DNA from: an uncultured Pseudomonadota bacterium
GTDB taxonomy: Bacteria > SAR324 > NAC60-12
Length of the DNA: 21,153 bases
Reading direction: 5' to 3'
NCBI GenBank assembly: GCA_913020725.1
Contig: CAJWCD010000059.1
Location: 1 to 21,153, forward strand
The notes beneath the pieces were generated by a model. It ran no database searches. It was not told the origin of the DNA and saw nothing but the letters and a program-made list of their open reading frames with translations. A program made the translations under genes and the position numbers. Positions within the stretch are counted from its first letter, which is position 1, and every line of letters starts with the position of its first letter. Below, in pieces: positions 1-8,598 of the stretch.

Positions 1-439
1 CCTGCGCTTCGGCAATCGTGACAAAATCCTCCCCGGAGAGCCACACCAACCAGCGCTCCTTGGCCAGCCCCGTGAGTCCGTCCTCGGCTTTGGCGCTCTG
101 GTCGTAAGTGAAGGTGTAATCTCGATGATTGAGGTCGAGTGTTTGTTCGTCGGCCTTGATGCGGTAATCTTTCCCTTCCAGAAAAGAGAACCGGCTTTGT
201 TGTTTCAACTCAAACTTGATTTCCTCAGAAGCACAAAGGGTGCGTCCGGGGCATTTCCGGGAGGCCACCATTTCCAGCTCATGGTGGGTTTCGGTGGTCA
301 CCTTGACGGGGTGGGTGGTGAACATCGTGTGGTTCTGCTCGGCAAAGTACACCGTGTAAACGGGTTTGGTGCAACCAACGAGCAACAAGCCAACGAGTGG
401 CGAGAACAACAACAACGAAAGCGGAAATTTGCGAAGCAT
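1..439 (-). CDS. Hypothetical lipoprotein, partial (3' end runs off the left edge of the window)
   Basis: Not in the ORF track. Manual translation from ATG 439 is open to position 1: MLRKFPLSLLLFSPLVGLLLVGCTKPVYTVYFAEQNHTMF...; it has a basic N-terminus, a hydrophobic stretch and an LVGC lipobox. Confidence 0.75.
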   Translation of the reverse strand, partial: MLRKFPLSLLLFSPLVGLLLVGCTKPVYTVYFAEQNHTMFTTHPVKVTTETHHELEMVASRKCPGRTLCASEEIKFELKQQSRFSFLEGKDYRIKADEQTLDLNHRDYTFTYDQSAKAEDGLTGLAKERWLVWLSGEDFVTIAEAQ

Positions 440-521
440 GGGATCAAGCAAGAACGGGGTTGTCTGATGGATTCAGGCTACCGCATCTGGGCGCGAGGGA
501 CAACTCAAGAAGGCGGGCCGC

Positions 522-1022
522 TCAGGGGCATGTGATTTCGGCGATCTCGAGGATTTCGAGTTCAAGGTTCCCCTTGGGACGTTGCCAGATGCGCAAATCA
601 CCCACCCTCGCCCCGTGGACTGCCTTGGCCAGCGGCGAGGTCCAACTCACCCGGCCCTGCTCCGGATCAGCTTCATCCTCGCCAACGATGCTAAAGGTGC
701 GCTCGTTCTCGTCCTCAGCGACAGTGACGGTGCCGCCGAATCTGACGGCTTCTGGATGTGCTTCTAGAGGGACGAGGAGCGCGGACTCTCGGCGGTTCTG
801 GAAGTAATCGAGGTCACGTTGCACCTCGGCCAGCCGCCGCCGCGACTCCAGCGTTTCAGCCTTGCGCAGCTTGCGCCACTCCGCTTTCAGTTCCGCGATC
901 TGGCGATCCAGTTGCTCCAACCCTTGGGGAGTGACGTAATTCGGATGCGGACTGACGAGGCGTGGCGGGAGCGTTTCTGGATGCTCGTCCCCATCCAACT
1001 CCTTCACAAAGGCTCGGCTCAT
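522..1022 (-). CDS. GreA/GreB-family protein (MSRAFVKE subgroup; lacks the acidic GDxSEN tip)
   Basis: NYVTPQGLEQL coiled coil plus the C-terminal Gre domain motifs VRFGGTVTV, FSIVGEDEADPEQGRVSWTSPLAKAV.GARVGD. Confidence 0.85.
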   Translation of the reverse strand: MSRAFVKELDGDEHPETLPPRLVSPHPNYVTPQGLEQLDRQIAELKAEWRKLRKAETLESRRRLAEVQRDLDYFQNRRESALLVPLEAHPEAVRFGGTVTVAEDENERTFSIVGEDEADPEQGRVSWTSPLAKAVHGARVGDLRIWQRPKGNLELEILEIAEITCP

Positions 1023-1033
1023 GATGCGTGGGT

Positions 1034-1062
1034 TTGATTATTGATGCGCAATTCTTCATAAT
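1034..1062 (+). promoter_or_regulatory. Putative sigma70 promoter for the Uma2-family gene
   Basis: TTGATT (1034-1039), 17-nt spacer, CATAAT (1057-1062), in an AT-rich divergent intergenic region. Confidence 0.45.
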
Positions 1063-1133
1063 CCTGAAAGAATCCCGCAACGGGATCAAGAAAAAATGTG
1101 AAGTCGCCGACCAACAACAACCGAGAGAGAACC

Positions 1134-1532
1134 ATGGCTTCAGCTCTTGCAAAAGCAGACGAGTACTACACGGCGGAGGACTACCTCCGTAACGAACGCG
1201 AAGCGGACGAACGCCACGAGTACTGGCAGGGCGAGGTGTTCAACATGGCCAGCGACGCCACGCTGATCATCGAGGTGCTGTCGCCCAGCACCGAATCCCG
1301 GGATCGCGGCGCCAAATTTTTTGGTTACCAGAATTTGCCCTCGCTTCAGGAGTATGTGCTGGTGAGTCAGGAAGCAATCCTAGTGGAGGTGTTCCGCAAG
1401 GAACAATCCGGACACTGGCATTACGAAGTGCTGCAGGGCTTGGAAGCGGCGCTGAAGCTGGAATCAGTCGCTTACTCCGGGACGCTGGGAGAGTGGTACG
1501 AGGACACGGGACTGCTGGAGGAAGCCGCGTGA
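1134..1532 (+). CDS. Uma2/DUF820-family PD-(D/E)xK nuclease-like protein with an apparent internal in-frame deletion (possibly inactive)
   Basis: The N-terminal motif TAEDYL..E...ERHEYWQGEVFNMA is joined directly to the C-terminal motifs LIIEVLSPSTESRDRGAKF and PSLQEYVLVSQ. It is 132 aa from ATG 1134, which follows a purine-rich RBS and is preferred to GTG 1098. Confidence 0.8.
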   Translation: MASALAKADEYYTAEDYLRNEREADERHEYWQGEVFNMASDATLIIEVLSPSTESRDRGAKFFGYQNLPSLQEYVLVSQEAILVEVFRKEQSGHWHYEVLQGLEAALKLESVAYSGTLGEWYEDTGLLEEAA

Positions 1533-1759
1533 CCGATGAGTTGGGGCTGCACTCCACCCCCCGCGAATTCCTTGCAAAACTCCCTCGCAAAACGGAAGCG
1601 GATCATGTCTTGGACCGTGAGTTGATTCTGGGCTCCAGCGCAAAGCAATTCAGCGACGAAGAACAGCGCACCCGCCAAGCGTTCCAGACGCAGGCCCTGC
1701 AAGCTTCCCGCAAACGTCTTGACGAATGGCAGGCGGGGTTGCAAGTTTCAGAGAAGTGA
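1529..1759 (+). CDS. Hypothetical protein, 76 aa
   Basis: GTG 1529 overlaps the Uma2 stop (GTGA) and has GGAGG upstream; the ORF fills the gap up to the convergent GT9 gene. Confidence 0.55.
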   Translation: MTDELGLHSTPREFLAKLPRKTEADHVLDRELILGSSAKQFSDEEQRTRQAFQTQALQASRKRLDEWQAGLQVSEK

Positions 1760-1778
1760 CTGGCGTTGCTGCAAAAAT

Positions 1779-2819
1779 TCAGTCCGGAAAATCCGGAACA
1801 TGCCGCAACACCTGTTCCGGTGAGAGGGAGGTGAGGCACTGCAAGGTGGTTGCGTTGCGGCAGAGGCCGCGTCCGTCCTTGGAGCAGGGGCGGCAGGGCA
1901 AGTCCAGTTCGGTTTCCAGCAAATGGCTTGCGGGCAGCAATGGAGCATAGCCGAACTCCCGCACCGTGGGACCAAACAGCGCCAACGCCGGAGTGTGCAT
2001 TGCTTCGGCAAGATGGGCGATGGAGGTGTCGTTGCAGATCACGCGGACGGCGTAACGCAGTAATTCGGCGGATTCCAAGGGCGTAAAGATTCCGGCGGCG
2101 TTGATCACGTCGTCCCCGAATTCCTCGGCGAGCAGTTCGGGTTCTGGTTCGTCCGGCCCACCAACCAGCACGAGCGGCCAGCCGCGCTGGAAAAGTTCGG
2201 CGATGAGGGTGCGGAAGTGCTCCAGCGGCCAGCACTTGAGGGGCTGTGAAGCGGAAGGGCCGATGGCGAGGAAACGCTTGGGTTCGAGGTGGTGCGCGCT
2301 CATGAAAGTTCGGACGCGCACGATTGACTTGCTCTCGGGAAACAGTTCGGTATGCTGCGGAAGGGAACGGCCGAGCTGCTGTTCTAGGGGCAGCAGCCAC
2401 TGTTCTCGTTGTGAACGGACGGGGAGCATCCGCTTGCTCCGGAACTTGATGAGCGCCAGTCGTTGCCAACCACGCTTGTTGATCACCCAAACGGTGGGAC
2501 GAGATTTCAGACCGAATGCCGTCAGCCGCGCCACCAGCCAGCGACTGCGCAGTGAGCGGTGTGCGTCGTAAACGAGGTCAAATGCTGCGGCGTTGAGTTG
2601 CGCGGCGAGGGCTTGGAGTTCTGAAAAACGCTCGTGCCTTGGATGAAAAAGGATGTGGTCGAGGTGTGGATTGTTGGCCAGCACTTCGCCGCATCCTTCC
2701 GAGGTCAGCAGCGTGATTTCCGCGTCTGGAAAGGCTTGGCGCAATTCCCGGTAGAGGGGGGTGGTGAGGACGAGATCACCAAGCGAACTGAAGCGGATGA
2801 CGAGAATGCGATGCAGCAT
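1779..2819 (-). CDS. Glycosyltransferase family 9 (LPS heptosyltransferase, WaaF/RfaF-like)
   Basis: Motifs RILVIRFSSLGDLVLTTP, FDLVYDAH, KCWPLEHF, ICNDTSIAHLAEA...LALFGPT and a C-terminal LPCRPC. Confidence 0.92.
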   Translation of the reverse strand: MLHRILVIRFSSLGDLVLTTPLYRELRQAFPDAEITLLTSEGCGEVLANNPHLDHILFHPRHERFSELQALAAQLNAAAFDLVYDAHRSLRSRWLVARLTAFGLKSRPTVWVINKRGWQRLALIKFRSKRMLPVRSQREQWLLPLEQQLGRSLPQHTELFPESKSIVRVRTFMSAHHLEPKRFLAIGPSASQPLKCWPLEHFRTLIAELFQRGWPLVLVGGPDEPEPELLAEEFGDDVINAAGIFTPLESAELLRYAVRVICNDTSIAHLAEAMHTPALALFGPTVREFGYAPLLPASHLLETELDLPCRPCSKDGRGLCRNATTLQCLTSLSPEQVLRHVPDFPD

Positions 2820-2823
2820 TGAG

Positions 2824-2846
2824 CAGTGAACAGTTATCAGTGAACA
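2824..2846. repeat. Short tandem heptamer repeat (CAGTGAA-CAGTTAT-CAGTGAA-CA)
   Basis: Read directly from the sequence, in the divergent intergenic region immediately upstream of the GT9 start codon. Confidence 0.55.
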
Positions 2847-2903
2847 TTACACGAAATTTGCATTGCCTATGAAGACGGGAATTTTTCTCCGGAATACGCA
2901 ACG

Positions 2904-3287
2904 ATGGACGTAAACGCAGCCAGTCAACTTCGACACCTCACTTCTCTGACGAAACTGTCGATTCGTCCGGAAGCTGTGGAAACCTCCGCAACGCAGCTTT
3001 CTTTTTCGCAAATCCGCACCCTGCGCCAATCCTTTGAGCAGGAGACGCAAGCGCTCCAGTACCAACTCGGACACGAACAGCATCAGACGATGCTAGTGGC
3101 GATGTACGAGGGCACAGAGCAGTTGCTGCACAAGCAGGTTTCCGATTTCGCCGTCATCGAGTACTTGGAATCACTCAAGCTCTCCGCGCAGGATTTGCAC
3201 AAGCGCGGGATGTCTGGCGAGGAATTCCGTACTCAACTTCTCGAGCAATCCCGCAACTCGCTCTCCGGCGTCTTGCGGCACATCTGA
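2904..3287 (+). CDS. Hypothetical helical protein, 127 aa
   Basis: ATG-started ORF filling the gap between two minus-strand genes; its Q/E/L-rich composition is protein-like; no family recognised. Confidence 0.7.
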   Translation: MDVNAASQLRHLTSLTKLSIRPEAVETSATQLSFSQIRTLRQSFEQETQALQYQLGHEQHQTMLVAMYEGTEQLLHKQVSDFAVIEYLESLKLSAQDLHKRGMSGEEFRTQLLEQSRNSLSGVLRHI

Positions 3288-3293
3288 ACGAAT

Positions 3294-3326
3294 CCTCCTC
3301 AATCCCCCCTTTTGCAAAGGAGGAGG
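3294..3326. terminator. Nested inverted repeat between convergent genes (terminator or REP-like element)
   Basis: CCTCCTC (3294-3300) pairs with GAGGAGG (3320-3326); an inner CCTTT-tgc-AAAGG stem is also present; there is no U-tract. Confidence 0.4.
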
Positions 3327-3374
3327 TCACGATCATGTCCCGCCGATCATCATCCGCTCAAGGTGAAGTCACGA

Positions 3375-4721
3375 TCACGTTCCGCTGATCGCCATCCGTT
3401 CAATCCGGAACATCGGCGTGAGGATCGCACTGCGCGTGTCCACCTCTTTTCCCAGCATCGTCAGGTTTCCCAGCATTTCCAGAAAGGTGCTGGCGATGGT
3501 GAATTCGCTGACCGGTTCGGCCAGTTTCCCGTTGCGAATCCAGATGCCCTGCCCGCCCCGTGAGTAATCTCCGGTGGTGATGTTTGCACCCTGCCCGGAG
3601 AGGAAGGTGAGGTAGAGTCCATCCTCAACACTTTCGATCAACTCCTCCTCTGTGTATGCGCCGGGTTGCAGGACGAGGTTGGAGATGCCCCCGGAGTGTC
3701 CGGTCGAGCGCAGCCCCAGCTTGTTTGCTGCATAGGTGGAGAGCATGAGGTTGCAGAGCACCCCATCCTCGATGAGGGAGAGTGGTTTGGACTGCACCCC
3801 CTCATGATCGTATGGACGGCTCCCGAGTTTGCCGGGCAACAGCGGGGAGTCGCTGAGTTGCACCTGCGGGTTGGCAATCGCCTGTCCCACTTTATCGGCA
3901 AGAAAGGACTGCTGCCGGAAAACATTCTCTCCGAGCAGAGCGGACGAAAGCTGTCCGAGAAAGCTGCGGGCCATTTCCGGGCTGAAGACCACGGGCACCT
4001 CACAGCTTTTCGGCTTCACGGCGCCAAGTTTGCGGAGAATGCGCCCGGACGCGACTTTAGCAATCTCCTCCAGCGGTTCCAACTGGTTCCGGAAGCGCGC
4101 ACAGGAAAACCAACCGTCGGTTTGCTTGCGGCCGCTGTTCTCGCCACTGGCGTCGTTGTCCTCCACGACGAGCGACACGCCGACGCTGTGGATGGTTTTG
4201 CTGACCCCTTCGAGAAAACCGTTGCTGTCCGCATAAACTGTGTGTGAAATTGCATCCGAGTAGTACGACTGCTCGGTGTGGAGCCGGGAGTCTTGTACGA
4301 GCGCCAGTTCCTCCAAGCGCAGGGTGTCCTCAACTTTCTCATCAGAAGCAATGTGCTCATGCTCTGGATCCAGAAAAGCAAGATCGCCCGGCGCCCGTCC
4401 CTGTAACTCTTGCTCAGGGAGGGTGTACCACTCGTCCCGATCCATGTGCGGCAATGCCGTAAGGGTGTCCCGGATGAGGGTGCGGAGCGTGTCGAGCCGG
4501 AAGTCGTTGGAGGTGAGGCTGGAGCGTCGTCCGTCTTGAGAGAGGACGAGGTGGATTCCGGAGGAACCGGCTTCCTTGAGCGATTCGATGTTCGCCTCCC
4601 GCACTTCCACCTGAAAAGCGGTGGCGGTGGCGAGCGTGAGGGTCGCCTGTTCCGCGCCTTGGCTCCGTGACTCCGCAAGGATTTCCTGAGCCAGCCCCTT
4701 GTGCTGCTCGACAATGCTCAT
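3375..4721 (-). CDS. pmbA: TldD/PmbA-family protein, PmbA (TldE) subunit
   Basis: Motifs VPVVFSPEMA, SFLADKVGQ, SRPYDHEGV, GANITTGDYSRG, IWIRNGKLAEPVSEFTIA; it has no HExxxH; its start overlaps the tldD stop (ATGA). Confidence 0.92.
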   Translation of the reverse strand: MSIVEQHKGLAQEILAESRSQGAEQATLTLATATAFQVEVREANIESLKEAGSSGIHLVLSQDGRRSSLTSNDFRLDTLRTLIRDTLTALPHMDRDEWYTLPEQELQGRAPGDLAFLDPEHEHIASDEKVEDTLRLEELALVQDSRLHTEQSYYSDAISHTVYADSNGFLEGVSKTIHSVGVSLVVEDNDASGENSGRKQTDGWFSCARFRNQLEPLEEIAKVASGRILRKLGAVKPKSCEVPVVFSPEMARSFLGQLSSALLGENVFRQQSFLADKVGQAIANPQVQLSDSPLLPGKLGSRPYDHEGVQSKPLSLIEDGVLCNLMLSTYAANKLGLRSTGHSGGISNLVLQPGAYTEEELIESVEDGLYLTFLSGQGANITTGDYSRGGQGIWIRNGKLAEPVSEFTIASTFLEMLGNLTMLGKEVDTRSAILTPMFRIERMAISGT

Positions 4722-6214
4722 TCGGACATGCCGCCGACCGTCATCTCTGTAATCAGCACGGTGGGTAGGCCCACACCCACCGGAACACTCTGACCGTCTT
4801 TTCCACAGGTCCAGATGCCTTCGCTCATGGCGAAGTCATTGCCGACCATCGTAACCTTTGACATCGCTTCCGGACCATTGCCGATGAGGGTGAAGTTCTT
4901 GATGGGCGCGGTTTTGCGCCCGTCTTCCACCAGCCACGCGACGGTGGGAACGAACACAAAATCTCCGTTGGAGATGTCCACCTGTCCCCCGCTGAAGGAC
5001 TCGCAGTACACGCCCTGTTTGACCGTGCCGAGGATTTCCTCCGGATCAGACTCTCCATTGGCGAGGAAGGTGGTGGTCATGCGCGGCATCGGGTAGTGCG
5101 CGTAGGATTCGCGGCGTCCGTTTCCGGAAGCCTCAACCCCATAGTGCTGGGCACTGATCCGGTCATGCATGTAACCGCGTAGAATGCCGTTTTCGATGAG
5201 CAGATTCTCCTGCGCCGGAATCCCTTCGTCATCGCAGTTGATGGCGCCACGGTCATGGGCAATGGTTCCGGAGTCGTAAATCGTGCAGCACTCTGTCGCG
5301 ACTTTTTCGCCCAGCCGACCGCTGTAGGCGGAGGTGCCCTTGCGGTTGAAATCGGCTTCAAGCGGATGTCCCACCGCTTCATGCAGGAGAATGCCCGATT
5401 GTGCCGGGCCAAGAATGACGGGCATCAGTCCGGAAGGTGCTTGGCGAGCGTCCAGCAGCAGCAACGCTTCAGCAGCAGCTTGTTTTCCAAGCCGCACAGG
5501 GTGATCGGCCTGCCCCAAGACTTCCTGCCCCACACGTCCCCCCATGCCGGCGGTGCCGTTTTGAAGGTTGCTCCCGTCTTGCGCAACGCAGTGGACGTTC
5601 ATCCGGAACATTGGGCGGGTGTCGCTCAGCAAGTCTCTGTCCGAAGAGGCGATCTGGGTATGAGTGACCGAATCCACGAGGGACACCGTGACTCGTACAA
5701 TCCGAGAGTCCTGTGCTTTGGTGGTGGCTTCTGCTTGTTGGATGAGCTGAATTTTCTCGGTCAGGGGCAGGTCGGAAACCGTCTGGAGAACGGGATAGTG
5801 GTTGGTGAGTTTCCGAGTGTTGAAACGCCACGCCTGCTCCAGCGGGACGGAACCGTTGGTGGCAATGGCAGCAGCGGCGCGTGCAGCGCGGCACATGGGT
5901 CCGGACTCCAGCACCTCACTGTAGGCGTAGCCCGTCTGCTCGCCTTGCAAGACACGGATGCCCACTCCGGAAACCACGGCGACCGAGGAGCTTTTGACAA
6001 TGCCCTCCTCCATGACGACCGAATGCCGGAGGCTGTACTCGAAATAAAGGTCCGCATAATCCCCGCCATTGTGAAGGGCTTCGGCGAGTACCTGCTGCAT
6101 CATGGCTTCGTCCACGCCCATTTGACGCTCAAACACCGTTGACGCCATGTGGGGGGTGTCGGAGAAGCTCGGCTGATTGAACGCGTTGGCGAGTGTGGTG
6201 GCGAGGGCAGTCAT
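4718..6214 (-). CDS. tldD: TldD metalloprotease subunit
   Basis: Motifs GGDYADLYFE, GILLHEAVGHPLEADFNRKG (HExxxH), GNGRRESYAHYPMPRMT and TCGKDGQSVPVGVGLPT. An alternative start is ATG 6148. Confidence 0.95.
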   Translation of the reverse strand: MTALATTLANAFNQPSFSDTPHMASTVFERQMGVDEAMMQQVLAEALHNGGDYADLYFEYSLRHSVVMEEGIVKSSSVAVVSGVGIRVLQGEQTGYAYSEVLESGPMCRAARAAAAIATNGSVPLEQAWRFNTRKLTNHYPVLQTVSDLPLTEKIQLIQQAEATTKAQDSRIVRVTVSLVDSVTHTQIASSDRDLLSDTRPMFRMNVHCVAQDGSNLQNGTAGMGGRVGQEVLGQADHPVRLGKQAAAEALLLLDARQAPSGLMPVILGPAQSGILLHEAVGHPLEADFNRKGTSAYSGRLGEKVATECCTIYDSGTIAHDRGAINCDDEGIPAQENLLIENGILRGYMHDRISAQHYGVEASGNGRRESYAHYPMPRMTTTFLANGESDPEEILGTVKQGVYCESFSGGQVDISNGDFVFVPTVAWLVEDGRKTAPIKNFTLIGNGPEAMSKVTMVGNDFAMSEGIWTCGKDGQSVPVGVGLPTVLITEMTVGGMSE

Positions 6215-6293
6215 TACGGGTGAATCAGGGCTTTGACAAGACTAAGAGGGTACGAAGCTACGCGACAAGAGGAAAGGCAAAAAGCGTGGACGG

Positions 6294-7430
6294 TCAGCAA
6301 GTGCGTTGCTGAAGGAAGTCGAGCAAGGCTTGCACCGCCCGGTCATATGCCCCCGGCTCACCAAGTTGCTGCCGGATTGGCTCCAGATCCGTGACCATGC
6401 GGTTGCGGATTTCCGGATCACAGAGCAGCGGTGTGATCGCAGCGGCAATGCGGGTGGGGGTGCAATCGTCTTGGAGTAATTCGGGAACGACCTCGCGCTG
6501 GGCAAGGACGTTTGCCATGCCGATGTGCTGCACTTGTGCAAGCTTGCGGGCCAGCCAGTAGGTCAGCGGAGCCACACGGTAGATGAGCACATTGGGGGTG
6601 AGCGCGAGTGCAGTTTGCAGGGAGGCGGTTCCGGAGGCGACGATGGCAGCATCGCAGGCACGGATGGCTTCTGCAAAACGCCCGTCGAGCAAATGGATTG
6701 GCAGCGCCGCATCACGTAGTGTTGAGCGGATTTCCTCGGAATCGAGTGTGTCGGCAACCGGCAGCAAAACCTGCAATCCGGGAACGCGCTCCCGCAACAG
6801 CGGCAGTGTTTCCTGCAAGACGGGCAGGTGCCGGGACAACTCGCTGGGGCGGCTTCCGGGAGCGATGGTGAGGACGGGGGAGTCGGCAAGCCCCAATTCT
6901 GCCCGCAGGCGAGAACCGTCTGCGTCGGCTACCGTTTCATCCACCAGTGGGTGTCCCACCCAAGTGACTCCGACTCCGGCCTCTTGGTAGATCGCTTCCT
7001 CAAAGGGAAAGAGGACGAGCATGTGATCCACGACCTTGCGGATCGTCTGGAGCCGCCGCTTGCGCCACGCCCAAATTTGTGGACTGTTGAAGAAGACCAC
7101 CGGAATGCCCAGTGTTTGCGCGTGTGCTGCGAGTTTGAGGTTGAATCCGGGATAGTCGATGCAGACGAGCGCATCCGGACGCTCTTGCTCGAGTGCCTCC
7201 TTGAAGGTGCTGAGCAGTCCGTAGAGCCGGGGCAGGTGACGCACGACCTCAACAAGCCCGTGGACCTGAAAATCGTCGAGGGTTGCGTAGAGCCGCAAAC
7301 CTGCCTGAAACATCTTAGGACCGCCCACGCCAAAGAGATCAGCTGCGGGGTGGTGTGCTTGCAGGCCTGCGATTAAAGCTGCACCGTGCGTGTCTCCGGA
7401 GGCCTCCCCGGCGACGAGCATCAGCCTCAC
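6294..7430 (-). CDS. lpxB: Lipid-A-disaccharide synthase
   Basis: Motifs MLVAGEASGD.HGA, IDYPGFNLKLA, SPQIWAWR, LFPFE, VGHPL, PGSRPSE, ASGTASL and VVPELLQ; its GTG start overlaps the tolR stop. Confidence 0.96.
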   Translation of the reverse strand: MRLMLVAGEASGDTHGAALIAGLQAHHPAADLFGVGGPKMFQAGLRLYATLDDFQVHGLVEVVRHLPRLYGLLSTFKEALEQERPDALVCIDYPGFNLKLAAHAQTLGIPVVFFNSPQIWAWRKRRLQTIRKVVDHMLVLFPFEEAIYQEAGVGVTWVGHPLVDETVADADGSRLRAELGLADSPVLTIAPGSRPSELSRHLPVLQETLPLLRERVPGLQVLLPVADTLDSEEIRSTLRDAALPIHLLDGRFAEAIRACDAAIVASGTASLQTALALTPNVLIYRVAPLTYWLARKLAQVQHIGMANVLAQREVVPELLQDDCTPTRIAAAITPLLCDPEIRNRMVTDLEPIRQQLGEPGAYDRAVQALLDFLQQRTC

Positions 7431-7876
7431 GGCTTCCCTTCCGTCATAGGAACCAACTTGTCTTCAAACACAAGCCCGACCTGCTGAAACCCTGCACTTT
7501 TGAAAACGAGCATCAGCTTGACGAGAAAACCGTGCGGGACCACCTCATCAATTTGCAGGTAGACCGGACGCAAACGCAGAGACGGATCGGCACGTTGCAG
7601 GGTTTGCCGGAGCGTGCCGAGCGTGTGGTTGCGCTCCTTCATGCGGATCGTGAGGCTGGGATCGACAACGACCAGCAGCGCCGCCTCATAATCCGGAAGC
7701 CGATAATCGAGGTGTCCCTTGGGCAAGCGAATGGGTAAGGCTTGGGTCAGGAACGGTGCCGAGATCACAAAGGCGATCAAGAGGACGAGCAGAATGTCCA
7801 CGAACGGAGTGACGTTGATCTCCGAGATCAACTCTCCACGCAAGCGGCGTGCATGCCTAAAGTCTCTTCTTCTCAT
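7427..7876 (-). CDS. tolR: TolR/ExbD-family biopolymer transport protein (module 1)
   Basis: SEINVTPFVDILLVLLIAFVISAP with the conserved TM Asp, and a C-terminal VYLQIDEVVPHGFLVKLM...AGFQQVGLV. ATG 7876 (MRRRDFR) is preferred to the track start at 7921. TolR versus ExbD is assigned from context. Confidence 0.85.
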   Translation of the reverse strand: MRRRDFRHARRLRGELISEINVTPFVDILLVLLIAFVISAPFLTQALPIRLPKGHLDYRLPDYEAALLVVVDPSLTIRMKERNHTLGTLRQTLQRADPSLRLRPVYLQIDEVVPHGFLVKLMLVFKSAGFQQVGLVFEDKLVPMTEGKP

Positions 7877-8549
7877 TGGCGATGAGCTGAAGTTGGATGC
7901 GGCGAATGATCTGGAGCGCAAAGAAATCGAGAGATTCGGTGAGATCCCGGATCATGGAGCGGAAAAGGTTGTAGGCGATTGTTGCCGGGATCGCGGTGAA
8001 AAGTCCGGCGGCGGTGGCGACGAGGGCCTCCGCAATTCCAGGGCTGATGACCGCGAGGTCCACAGAATTCTGCTCGGCAATGCCCTGAAAGGTGTTGATG
8101 ATGCCGATGACAGTTCCGAAGAGTCCGATGAACGGTGCGACCACCGAGATGGTTGCCAGTAGCGCCTGACCTCCAACGAGTTCTTTTTCGGCGAGGAGGA
8201 TTTGCGCCTCAAGGGTGCGCTCCATCAGTTCCAGGAACTCGGTGCGCCGCTGGGCTCCGGCATGGGGAAAGGATTTCCGGAAGCGTGCGGCCTCGGCAAC
8301 AGCGATTCCAAACATCAGCTTGAGGGGGCTGTGGGGCAATTCTTTGGCGCGGACGCGCATTTCCTCGGTTTGCGCGGTGGCCTCGAACATCTTGAGGAAA
8401 CGGCTGTAGCTCCGGCGGCGGCGCAGCAGCCCGATCAGCTTGAAGAAAACGGCCGCCCAGACGAGGACAGAGAGCAGCAGCAGCAGCCCCAACACCCCAA
8501 GGACAATGGGATCGGCATCGGAAAGGAGACGGAGCAGAGCAAAATCCAT
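7857..8549 (-). CDS. tolQ: TolQ/ExbB/MotA-family proton channel (module 1)
   Basis: LATISVVAPFIGLFGTVIGIINTF...ISPGIAEALVATAAGLFTAIPA.IAYN; three predicted TM segments. Confidence 0.9.
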   Translation of the reverse strand: MDFALLRLLSDADPIVLGVLGLLLLLSVLVWAAVFFKLIGLLRRRRSYSRFLKMFEATAQTEEMRVRAKELPHSPLKLMFGIAVAEAARFRKSFPHAGAQRRTEFLELMERTLEAQILLAEKELVGGQALLATISVVAPFIGLFGTVIGIINTFQGIAEQNSVDLAVISPGIAEALVATAAGLFTAIPATIAYNLFRSMIRDLTESLDFFALQIIRRIQLQLIANEKKRL

Positions 8550-8598
8550 TTCGCTCTTGGCAGATCAGCGAGTGGGTGGGTGGAACGTCCCCGACGGG

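Noticed and set aside
125..535. 136-aa plus-strand ORF
   Set aside because: Antisense to the lipoprotein ORF at 1-439, which has a clear signal peptide and lipobox.
1134..1759. Uma2 plus 76-aa ORF as a toxin-antitoxin or defence pair
   Set aside because: The small ORF has no recognisable antitoxin fold and the nuclease core is missing; only adjacency supports it.
1603..2490. 295-aa minus-strand ORF
   Set aside because: Alternative frame overlapping the GT9 gene; Arg/Pro/Ala-rich composition typical of GC-rich shadow ORFs.
5255..6142. 295-aa plus-strand ORF
   Set aside because: Antisense shadow of tldD with no recognisable motifs.
3375..6214. tldD-pmbA as part of a RiPP (microcin) cluster
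   Set aside because: No precursor peptide, YcaO, radical SAM or transporter genes are nearby; the pair is a common housekeeping locus.
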